DNA of 64,000 nt, taken from IMG/VR virus record IMGVR_UViG_3300048014_000057, positions 32,001 through 96,000 of that record. One strand, given 5' to 3'. Position numbers and translations under genes: made by a program. The number at the start of each line of letters is the position of its first letter. The first letter of the stretch is position 1. Source of the stretch: a virus. The notes below the pieces were generated by a model. The model was not told the origin of the DNA. It saw only the letters and a list, made by a program, of their open reading frames with translations, and did no database searches. Below are positions 40,735-48,983 of the stretch, piece after piece.

Positions 40735-41056
40735 ACAATGTTATTTTGGAGATTTTAATTCTTGGTCTGATATTATGACAGAGTTTTGTGTTAAACCAGA
40801 ATTAGAAGAACCAAAATTTGTTTTTGCATTCTATGATATTGATAGTTATGGAGGGCATGCTTCTGTAGTTTATTCATATGATGGTATAAATTTTTATATT
40901 ATAGAAGCATTCCATTGTTCTTGCTATGGTTTTGAAAATCAATGGGATGAAGATGGTGAATATACACTAAAAGAAATAATTAAAATGAAAAATATATTTT
41001 CAAAATATTCTGATGAATATGAAGATTGGTTAAAATTATTTCAATTACAAAATTAA
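40727..41056 (+). CDS. hypothetical phage protein
   Basis: YD..SY.G.A, HCSCYG.E.QW motif. Confidence 0.6.
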   Translation: MDKQCYFGDFNSWSDIMTEFCVKPELEEPKFVFAFYDIDSYGGHASVVYSYDGINFYIIEAFHCSCYGFENQWDEDGEYTLKEIIKMKNIFSKYSDEYEDWLKLFQLQN

Positions 41057-41066
41057 GAGAAATAAA

Positions 41067-41387
41067 ATGAAAAAATATTGTTATATTTGGGTAGATCAAA
41101 ATAATATAGAACCTATTCACCAATTAATTCAGGTTGCTCATGTTGCCATGGTTATTGGTGACGCCATGTGTTTTACTAATAATCCTTATAAAACTAATAT
41201 TATTGTTTGTGAATTACCTGATTATTGTCAGGATATTGAATTATTTGCAAATTTATTAGAAACGGATGGGTTTGAGGTTGAACATTTTTATGAATCTGAT
41301 ATGGATAGAATAATAGCTATTGGAATTCTTCCCGTAAAAGAAAATCAAAGACAAAAATTACAACATTATAAATTATTAAAATTATGA
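41067..41387 (+). CDS. peptidyl-tRNA hydrolase II-like protein (divergent)
   Basis: Y..V......Q..Q.AH.A, F.E.D....AI...P pattern. Confidence 0.45.
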   Translation: MKKYCYIWVDQNNIEPIHQLIQVAHVAMVIGDAMCFTNNPYKTNIIVCELPDYCQDIELFANLLETDGFEVEHFYESDMDRIIAIGILPVKENQRQKLQHYKLLKL

Positions 41388-41394
41388 GGAAAAA

Positions 41395-41760
41395 ATGAAC
41401 TTTAATTCAGAACAAGAACTTTATGAATATATTGGTGAATTTTTAATTAAACAAGGTATTCAATCTAAATGTGCTAATCATTGTTTATATCGTGGTCCAA
41501 ATAATACAAAATGTGCAGTAGGTTGTGTTATTACAGATGAAGTATATAATATAGAATATGAAGGTTTAAGTATTTATGGTATTAAAAATTACAAAGAAGA
41601 AATTCCTCTATATATTATAGAATATGCATATTTTTTAGAAAAAATGCAAGAATTTCATGATAATGATGAAAATTGGAATGAAAATGGATTGATTATTGAA
41701 AAATTAATTAAATTTGGAAAAGAAAATAATTTAAATACAAGTAAATTTGAAAACCTATAA
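41395..41760 (+). CDS. hypothetical protein, paralog of 39236-39607
   Basis: Near-identical N- and C-terminal DNA to the paralog. Confidence 0.7.
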   Translation: MNFNSEQELYEYIGEFLIKQGIQSKCANHCLYRGPNNTKCAVGCVITDEVYNIEYEGLSIYGIKNYKEEIPLYIIEYAYFLEKMQEFHDNDENWNENGLIIEKLIKFGKENNLNTSKFENL

Positions 41761-41985
41761 AAGGAAAATAAGATGGAATCTAAAATTTTACATTATCCTA
41801 AAGACATTAAAATTAATTATCCTTATTTAGGTGTATTAAAAGGTGAAGAAGACATAATTATGTTAATTTATGGTCGTAATAAAGGAATTATTGTTCATGG
41901 AAAAGAAGTAGGAAAAAATTTTGATAATATAAATTTATTTTATTATGAATATTTTAATGGTGTTGTAGAATTGAGGAACTAAAAA

Positions 41986-42372
41986 ATGTTATGTCTTGGT
42001 GATTCAATTGCTACTTATCAGGGTCTTGGTGGGGTTCTACATTGTTCTGAAATTAGAGCTATAAAAGGTAAACCTTCTTCTTTTATTATAGAAGAAGCCA
42101 GGAAATCAGGAAATAATGAAATTTGTATTGTTTCTGCTGGTTCTAATGATCCCTTTAATATAGCTTTAGAAAAAAATTTAAAATCTATTAGATCAAATTT
42201 AAAATGTAAAATAATTGTTTGGGTACAGCCTGCAAATAATCGTGCCGGGAGTATTGTCAAAAAGGTGGCATTGGAATATGGTGACAAAACCGTGAAGGTT
42301 ATTCCCGGCAAAGATCATGTTCATCCTTTTAGTTATTCTGATCTTGCTAGGGATATTAAATCTAAACTCTGA
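41986..42372 (+). CDS. minimal SGNH hydrolase
   Basis: LGDSIA, SAGSND, DHVHP. Confidence 0.75.
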   Translation: MLCLGDSIATYQGLGGVLHCSEIRAIKGKPSSFIIEEARKSGNNEICIVSAGSNDPFNIALEKNLKSIRSNLKCKIIVWVQPANNRAGSIVKKVALEYGDKTVKVIPGKDHVHPFSYSDLARDIKSKL

Positions 42373-42385
42373 AAAGGAATTTAAT

Positions 42386-42613
42386 ATGTTCAAAAGAAAC
42401 ATATCAATGAAATTTAGAGACATAAAAAAAGAAATTACAATAAAAGGATGGATAGAACAAAGAATTAGTGGTGGTCATGCTATTTTTTATCATCCATTTA
42501 GAAATGATAAAATTGTTATTCCTGTACATTGCGGGGATATAAATTCTATTATTGTAAGAAAAATTTTAGAACAATTAAATGGACGTTCAACTGTTAATGG
42601 AAAATTAATTTAA
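42386..42613 (+). CDS. hicA: HicA-family toxin (dsRBD-fold RNase), no HicB seen
   Basis: K.RDI.K.....GW...R..GGH..F.HP.....IVIP.H..DI......KIL.Q. Confidence 0.8.
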   Translation: MFKRNISMKFRDIKKEITIKGWIEQRISGGHAIFYHPFRNDKIVIPVHCGDINSIIVRKILEQLNGRSTVNGKLI

Positions 42614-42784
42614 TGAAAATTTCAATTGTAAATATTAAAAATAATTATATTAGAAGAACTTTACTTATTTTATTAATGATTATTTTTATTCCTGTATATT
42701 TTTTATATTATTTCTCTTTTGCTTTACTTGAAACTTATGAAAGTATAAAAGACGATTTTAATTATGTATGGAAAGTAAAATAAA

Positions 42785-43933
42785 ATGTTTCCTAAAATTG
42801 AAACCATATTTGATATTCTACCTCATATTGAAGGAAAAGATAATTTTACAGTTAATTATAAAGATGATTATATTGTTGTAAATTATATTCTTAATACTCC
42901 GGAATATTTTAATAATCCATGGGAAAAAGAATGCCGTGGATTAATTTTTGATAAAGATGGCAATATCATGTCACGCCCTTTTCAGAAATTCTTTAATATT
43001 GGTGAACGTGAAGAAACAAAAATTGAAAATATTGATTTTTCTAAACCACATTGGATTTTAGAAAAGGTAGATGGAAGTTTTATAAGGTCAATTATTACTG
43101 ATGGTAAATTAACTTGGGCTTCCAAAGCAGGAATTACTTTCCTTACACCTATGGTTGAAGAATTTGTAGAAAAAAATAAGCAATATTATACTTTTGCTGC
43201 TGTAATGATGAATCATGGTTTAACTCCTATTTTTGAATTTTGTTCTAGAAAAAATAAAATTGTTATTGATCATCCTTTTGATAGATTAGTCCTTTTAGGA
43301 ATAAGAGATAATATTACAGGTAAATATCATGATTATGAATTATTGCAAGATTTTTCTAGAATGTATAATATTGAACTTGTTAAACAATATTATCTTAATG
43401 ATCTTTCTCTAACAGAATTATTAGAATTAGCAAAAAAATTAACAAATCAAGAAGGATTTGTTATAAGATTTGAAGATGGAAATATGATTAAGTTAAAAAG
43501 TGAAGAATACTGTCTTCTTCATAAATCTAAAGAAGAACTTCATTTTGAAAAAAATGTAGTTTCTATTATTATTGAAGATAAAGCAGATGACTTTCGAGTT
43601 CTTCTATCAAAAGAAGATAGAGAAAAATTTGAAGAATTTGAATATAAATTTTGGAAAAATTTCGAAGAATATGTAATGGATATTTATAATTTACATTACA
43701 TATATAATATTTCTAAAATTTCCAGAAAAGATTTTGCTTTGTTATCTAAAGATTGGAAATATAAATATCATAGATCAATTTTATTTACATTTTTTGATAA
43801 AATTGATTTTTCTATTGTTGAAAGTAAAAAAGAATTATTAAATATTCTTAGAAAAAATCTTGGAACACAAACATCAATAGATAAAGTAAGAGAAATTTGG
43901 GAAGGTAAAGAAAAATTAAAATGGAATTATTAG
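42785..43933 (+). CDS. rnlA: RNA ligase 1 (RnlA-like)
   Basis: ECRGLIFD, SRPFQKFFN.GE, EKVDGS, FEF...N.IV, EGFV, K.KS.EY. Confidence 0.93.
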   Translation: MFPKIETIFDILPHIEGKDNFTVNYKDDYIVVNYILNTPEYFNNPWEKECRGLIFDKDGNIMSRPFQKFFNIGEREETKIENIDFSKPHWILEKVDGSFIRSIITDGKLTWASKAGITFLTPMVEEFVEKNKQYYTFAAVMMNHGLTPIFEFCSRKNKIVIDHPFDRLVLLGIRDNITGKYHDYELLQDFSRMYNIELVKQYYLNDLSLTELLELAKKLTNQEGFVIRFEDGNMIKLKSEEYCLLHKSKEELHFEKNVVSIIIEDKADDFRVLLSKEDREKFEEFEYKFWKNFEEYVMDIYNLHYIYNISKISRKDFALLSKDWKYKYHRSILFTFFDKIDFSIVESKKELLNILRKNLGTQTSIDKVREIWEGKEKLKWNY

Positions 43934-43976
43934 AATAAATAGAAATATTTCTCTTTTAAAAATTATAAGGAAAAAA

Positions 43977-44432
43977 ATGACTAATTATACAAATACATTT
44001 AAACTTTTAATATTAAATATTTTTATAATTTCTTTACTTGTAGTTAATTATTTTTATGGATATATATCATCTTTTTTTACAGATGATATTACACATATTT
44101 CATATTTTCTTACATTTATTATGGGAATAAATGTTATTTTAGAAATTTACCAAACATATAGAAATGAAAAAAAATATTATGTTCTACAAAAATCAGAAAA
44201 TTTTATTACGAAATATCTCCAATATATTGTAGGACAACTTTTTTATATTGGGCTTTTAGGTACAGTCATTGGAATGGGTCATATGTTTAAATCCATTCAA
44301 AATATAAAAGATGTAGATCAAGTTCTTAAAATTGTTTCAGAAGGCGGACTTACATTATTTAATACAACTATTATTGCGTTATTTTCATATTTATGGACAA
44401 GATTTAATTCATTTATTGGAAATGGTGAGTAA
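43977..44432 (+). CDS. MotA/TolQ/ExbB proton-channel family membrane protein
   Basis: IGLLGTVIGM, G..T.FNTT; four hydrophobic segments. Confidence 0.75.
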   Translation: MTNYTNTFKLLILNIFIISLLVVNYFYGYISSFFTDDITHISYFLTFIMGINVILEIYQTYRNEKKYYVLQKSENFITKYLQYIVGQLFYIGLLGTVIGMGHMFKSIQNIKDVDQVLKIVSEGGLTLFNTTIIALFSYLWTRFNSFIGNGE

Positions 44433-45039
44433 TTTGAAAAAAATTAAAACAGATGAAATTCTTTTTGGTATAGCTTTTGCAGATGTTTTAATTTCTTTTT
44501 CTGCATTTTTATTCATGCTTTTTATTCTTTTTGCTATCCTTCCCCATAAAAAAATGGATACAGAAGCGGTTAATGATAATGATAAGTTAGGAAAAGTGTG
44601 TGCAGAATTAATATGGGATAATAACAGAGACGTAGATTTAGATTTATGGGGTCAATCTCCTGTTGATAAAAAACCCGTTGGTTATTCTAATATGCATGGA
44701 AATGGTTTAGATTTATATAAGGATGTTACTGGTTTTACTAATAATCTAGAACATTTAAATATGGAAGTTATGTGTGCCAATAAAACTTATCCAGGAGAAT
44801 GGACGTTTAATGTTTCTTATTTTTCTGATCATGGTAGATTAGACCCTAATAATAAACCCGATATCAATGCAACTTTATTTGTAAAGATTTTTAAAGAAGG
44901 TTCTTGGAAAGTTTTAAAATCACAACATTTATTTACCTATGAAAAAGAAGAAAAAACAATGTTTGATTTTTTTATTGGAGAGAATGGGCTTTTGGAAGAA
45001 AATTCTATTAATTCAGTAGATAAACCTCTTAGAAATTAA
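44422..45039 (+). CDS. MotB/ExbD-like single-TM protein with periplasmic W...DVDLDLW domain
   Basis: AFADVL in the TM segment (conserved Asp); WDNNRDVDLDLW; PGEW..NV. Confidence 0.6.
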   Translation: MVSNLKKIKTDEILFGIAFADVLISFSAFLFMLFILFAILPHKKMDTEAVNDNDKLGKVCAELIWDNNRDVDLDLWGQSPVDKKPVGYSNMHGNGLDLYKDVTGFTNNLEHLNMEVMCANKTYPGEWTFNVSYFSDHGRLDPNNKPDINATLFVKIFKEGSWKVLKSQHLFTYEKEEKTMFDFFIGENGLLEENSINSVDKPLRN

Positions 45040-45051
45040 AGAAAGAAAAGA

Positions 45052-45552
45052 ATGTTTTATTATCCTAATGTATCCTTTACTACTCTTCTTTTTGTGTTTT
45101 TAGGAGTTGCTTTTTTTTGTAGAAAAGAATTAAGATTATACATTTTATTAATTTGTATAGTATATACTTTTATTTTATATACATCCATAGCCGAATTATT
45201 AGGTAGGCCAAAACCAATTAATAATTATACTCCATTTTATTCTTTTCATTATACAAAAGATCAAAAAATACCACTTTTACATGCAGTAGTAAAAGATAAT
45301 ATTATATATCTATTATTACAAGAAGATACAATTAAATTATATTCAATTCCTTATAATCAAAATTTTGCAGATGAATTAAATAAAGCCTTGACAAAAACAA
45401 ATGGTAAATTTGATGGTTTATTTTTTGGAATGAGTGTATCTAGTATCGGTGGTGGTTCTCATGTTCTAATGGCGTCTCCACAAAAAGATTTATCTGTTCC
45501 TAAATTAGATACAAATACAGAAGGAAATATAACAGACTATGGAAATCATTAA
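45052..45552 (+). CDS. two-TM membrane protein, third gene of the cassette
   Basis: Two hydrophobic helices, then LLGRPKP, IYL, YSIPY. Confidence 0.6.
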   Translation: MFYYPNVSFTTLLFVFLGVAFFCRKELRLYILLICIVYTFILYTSIAELLGRPKPINNYTPFYSFHYTKDQKIPLLHAVVKDNIIYLLLQEDTIKLYSIPYNQNFADELNKALTKTNGKFDGLFFGMSVSSIGGGSHVLMASPQKDLSVPKLDTNTEGNITDYGNH

Positions 45553-45941
45553 TGTTTTTTAATAAGCATGTAAAATGTATAGATAATAAAAATAAACCTA
45601 TTTTAAAAATTAATTCAATTTATACAGTTATTTTATGTGTTTATATGGAAAATGTAGAATTTTATAAATTAAAAGAAATTAAAAATTTGCTTTTTGAATC
45701 TTGGAGATTTATGGAAGTGCCCAAACCAGGATATTCTATGTCTCCTTTTTTAGGAAAATCTGTGGATTGGAAAGCACAATATCATTCCGAAGAAATTAAA
45801 AAAATTGCCTAATTTATCTTAGGGTTAATGTAAATAGGTATATTCCGAGGGGTACTTTTAGGTTGACTAAATAGGACTTTATGATATGATCTTTCTCACG
45901 AAAGGAGATTTACACTCTCTTCGTAGAAACCTAAAAAAAGG

Positions 45942-46409
45942 ATGCGTGCTATGTTTAAAATCCAAAATGATAGGAATGATAGTATCTCTGCACAAGTAGC
46001 AGAAATTATTTCTAAATTAAAAGTTGGACATACAAGACATGAAGCTTTCCAAGAAATTAATAAGGCCAAAATAACAGATAAAAATGGAAATTTGGTCATA
46101 CCTTCTGTGTGGTATCATGCGCTTTGCTACAACACGAATAAGGAAGGCATGACATATATGGATGAACATTATCCTCATTTCATTCCTACCGAAACGCCTT
46201 ATCCTAGGAATGGTGAGAAAAGAGTAAACAATAATTCTCATTTGGATAGTGTTCTTGTAGATTTTAGGAAAAAAATTCTAAAAGAAAGTTTAGAGTTTCA
46301 TAAAAAAATCCAAGAAGAATTGGATGAATTGATCATGATACATTCTCCAAAAAATAATGTAAAAAATAATGTAAAAAATAATGTAAAAAAGCAAAATACG
46401 GCTGCCTAA
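45942..46409 (+). CDS. hypothetical early protein with KNNV x3 tail
   Basis: Own sigma70-like promoter (TTGACT 45863) and terminator 46422-46452. Confidence 0.6.
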   Translation: MRAMFKIQNDRNDSISAQVAEIISKLKVGHTRHEAFQEINKAKITDKNGNLVIPSVWYHALCYNTNKEGMTYMDEHYPHFIPTETPYPRNGEKRVNNNSHLDSVLVDFRKKILKESLEFHKKIQEELDELIMIHSPKNNVKNNVKNNVKKQNTAA

Positions 46410-46800
46410 AGAACTTAAGATAAAGGGAACATATAAAAATGTTCCCTTTTTTCCATCAAATTTTCTTGACATTCAACCTAAAGTTGATAATCTGAATGTC
46501 AAGAGAAATAGAAAAATGGGGAAATAAAATGTATTTAGTAATGACAGAAGAATACCAATTTATTGATATTAATGAAAATTTTATTGATGCCTGTGACATT
46601 GCAATAAAATATAAAAATAGTTATAATTTACAATGTAATGTTTATAATATTTCAGAATGTTGGACTACTAAATTTTTAGAGGAAGAAAAAAATACTACTT
46701 CTAATTATAGTAATATAATTACGTTAAATTCTATAAAAAATGTAAAAGAAAGAAAAATAGCCTAGCAAATGAAAAGAACGTTCTAGAAATTTTTAACTTT

Positions 46801-46830
46801 TTATCCACATATATAAAAATATGTGGATAA
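46801..46830. repeat. 12-bp perfect inverted repeat made of two consensus DnaA boxes
   Basis: TTATCCACAtat-ataaaa-ataTGTGGATAA. Confidence 0.8.
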
Positions 46831-46852
46831 ATCTAAAATAATAGGATAGAAA

Positions 46853-47206
46853 ATGAAAAAACGTATTTTGGTTTGTGGTGGAAGAGATTATAATCCTAAT
46901 AAAGTTTATAAATTCTTAGAGAATAAACTAGATCATCTTGCTATATCTGAAATTGTAATTATTCAAGGTGGTGCCTAAGGAGCAGATTTTGGTGCCAAGC
47001 AATTTGCCATTGATTATTCTATTGAAATGGAAGAATATAAAGCTAAATGGGATAAGTATGGTAAATCTGCTGGTCCTATAAGAAATAAAAAAATGTTGGA
47101 TGAAGGAAAACCTGATTTAGTTTTTGCATTTCCGGGCGGCCCTGGTACAAATAATATGATTAAACAAGCAAAAGAAAAAAACATTTTAATATACAATATT
47201 AAATAA
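46853..47206 (+). pseudogene. DUF2493/YspA (SLOG) protein with in-frame TAA at 46976
   Basis: RILVCGGRDY...IIQGGA*GAD...A.W..YGK.AGPIRN..ML...KPDLV.AFPGG.GT..M. Confidence 0.85.
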
Positions 47207-47212
47207 AAATTT

Positions 47213-47295
47213 GGCTTCGTAAACGAGGGGAGCTTCTAACTCCTTAGTCGTAACTGGATTTGAAAATGAAGGTTCGATTCCTTCCGAAGTCACCA
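47213..47295 (+). tRNA. atypical tRNA-Arg(TCT): no D-arm, extended variable region
   Basis: GGCTTCG TAAACGA GGGGAG CTTCTAA CTCCTT AGTC GTAACTG GATT TGAAAAT GAAGG TTCGATT CCTTC CGAAGTC A CCA. Confidence 0.75.
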
Positions 47296-47312
47296 AAATT
47301 TAAAGGAATTAT

Positions 47313-47537
47313 ATGATAAAAATTGAATTTGATATAGAAGGATTTAAGAAAAAAATAAATCATTTAATGGATAAAAATATTGACTTATTGGATGCAATCA
47401 TTACAATAGCCGATAGAGAAAATATAGAGTTAGAAACTTTAATTTTAGTCTTAAAAAAAGATCAAGAATTAAAAGGAAAATTAGAAAAAATAGGAAATAA
47501 TCTTAGAATGTTAAAAAATCCTGAAAAAAATAAATAA
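47313..47537 (+). CDS. gp33: late transcription coactivator gp33
   Basis: LDAI...D.ENIE.ET...LK.KLE....L.ML; directly upstream of gp32. Confidence 0.7.
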   Translation: MIKIEFDIEGFKKKINHLMDKNIDLLDAIITIADRENIELETLILVLKKDQELKGKLEKIGNNLRMLKNPEKNK

Positions 47538-47599
47538 ATAACTTTATATACTCTTATACTCACATACTTAAACACTTAAAAAAATCAAAAAGGAAAAAA

Positions 47600-48535
47600 A
47601 TGGTAGACTTTAAAAAATTAAAAAATAATCGTTTAGATAATCTTAAGAAATTACAAGAAGAAACTCAAAAGTTAAATGAAACTGGTTATGAAACCGATCC
47701 CGATGATTGGTATCCTGGTGTTGATAAAGTTGGTAATGGATACGCTTTAATTAGGTTTCTTCCAAGAATTAATGATGAAGACCTAGAATATTCTAGGTGG
47801 TGGAGTCATAATTTTCAAGACCCAAATACTAAAAAATGGTATATTGAAAATTGTCGATTTACTTTAGATAAATCTTCTGATCCTGTTATGGAATTCAATA
47901 AAAAGTTATGGGATTCCGTGGAAGATTCACCTTCTGCCAAATTTCATCCTAATCGAATTCAGGCTACTCGACAATCGAGAAAAATTAACTATAGAGCTAA
48001 TATTTTTGTTGTGGAAGATGGTGTAAATCCAGAAAATAATGGAAAAACAAAAAAGTTTAAATTTGGTAAATGGGCCTTCGATAAAATTGAAGGATTAATG
48101 TTTCCAAAATTTGCGGGTAAAAAGGCAATTAATCCATTTGATCTTTGGGATGGGGCTAATTTTAGAATTGAAATTATTTCTGAAACCAAGGATGGAAAGA
48201 AACAAAGAAACTATTCTACCTCTGCATTTGAGAAACCAGAACCATTAGCATCCGATGATGAAATGGAAAAAATCTTTGAATCAATTCAAGGATGGTCGGT
48301 TAAATCTTATTTGTCACCTTCTAATTTTAAAGAATATGATGTTTTAAAGAAAAGATTAGATGAAGTTGTGGGATATGATACTTCTCTTTGGACTTCCAAG
48401 GGATTAAAAAAAGAGGAAGTAAATTTACCTAAAAATACTAAAAAAGTAGAAGAAAAGGAAGATGTTAGTGTGGAAAGTGATGATTTCTTTAAATCTATTA
48501 GAGAAAATTCCGAGGAAGATACTATTCCTTTTTGA
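47600..48535 (+). CDS. gp32: single-stranded DNA-binding protein gp32
   Basis: DK.GNGYA.IRFLP, WYIEN, NPENNGK, NPFDLW.GANF, acidic tail. Confidence 0.96.
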   Translation: MVDFKKLKNNRLDNLKKLQEETQKLNETGYETDPDDWYPGVDKVGNGYALIRFLPRINDEDLEYSRWWSHNFQDPNTKKWYIENCRFTLDKSSDPVMEFNKKLWDSVEDSPSAKFHPNRIQATRQSRKINYRANIFVVEDGVNPENNGKTKKFKFGKWAFDKIEGLMFPKFAGKKAINPFDLWDGANFRIEIISETKDGKKQRNYSTSAFEKPEPLASDDEMEKIFESIQGWSVKSYLSPSNFKEYDVLKKRLDEVVGYDTSLWTSKGLKKEEVNLPKNTKKVEEKEDVSVESDDFFKSIRENSEEDTIPF

Positions 48536-48559
48536 TCTATAAAATATAAAATTTGTTAT

Positions 48560-48589
48560 AAAAAAGAGGGCCTTAAGTGCCCTTTTTTT
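48560..48589. terminator. bidirectional intrinsic terminator
   Basis: AAAAAAGAGGGC-CTTAAGT-GCCCTTTTTTT. Confidence 0.88.
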
Positions 48590-48592
48590 ATT

Positions 48593-48937
48593 TTAACCTC
48601 TAGGTATTCCTCTTTTATAATTTTGTATATCTATATTTCCTGTCTGAGTTTGATTTTGTACAATTTGTTCTCCACAAGTTGAAAAATCAGGTTGATTTTT
48701 TATATTTTCTACTTCTGCTAATCCTTTTGTATAACTTCCTGCACCTAGGATTGCTCCAAAACTAATATGAAAAAATCCACCGGCCTCAAGAGTAAGAGGA
48801 TTCCATTGTTTATATGGAATATTAAAATAATGAGATAAAATTATATGTCCTATGGGAGCAATTATAAAATCAAATAAAGAAATTGCGACATAAGTTATCG
48901 CAATTAAAGGTCTCCAATTTTCTTTCCAATTTTCCAT
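48593..48937 (-). CDS. holin-like membrane protein (3TM/GTA-holin-like)
   Basis: WRP.....Y..I..FDF...P, W.PLTL..GG.FH..FGAILG. Confidence 0.65.
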   Translation of the reverse strand: MENWKENWRPLIAITYVAISLFDFIIAPIGHIILSHYFNIPYKQWNPLTLEAGGFFHISFGAILGAGSYTKGLAEVENIKNQPDFSTCGEQIVQNQTQTGNIDIQNYKRGIPRG

Positions 48938-48983
48938 TTTTTCTTCTTTTTTAATAAATAATATAAATTATTTCTCATATTTA

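Noticed and set aside
43977-45039. Calling the Mot-like pair a Zorya system
   Set aside because: No long ZorA tail, no OmpA-like ZorB domain, and no ZorC/D/E genes
47233-47239. Amber suppressor (CTA) reading of the odd tRNA, or genome-wide stop recoding
   Set aside because: The stem register centres TCT; conserved genes end normally at TAA, TAG and TGA and are not fragmented
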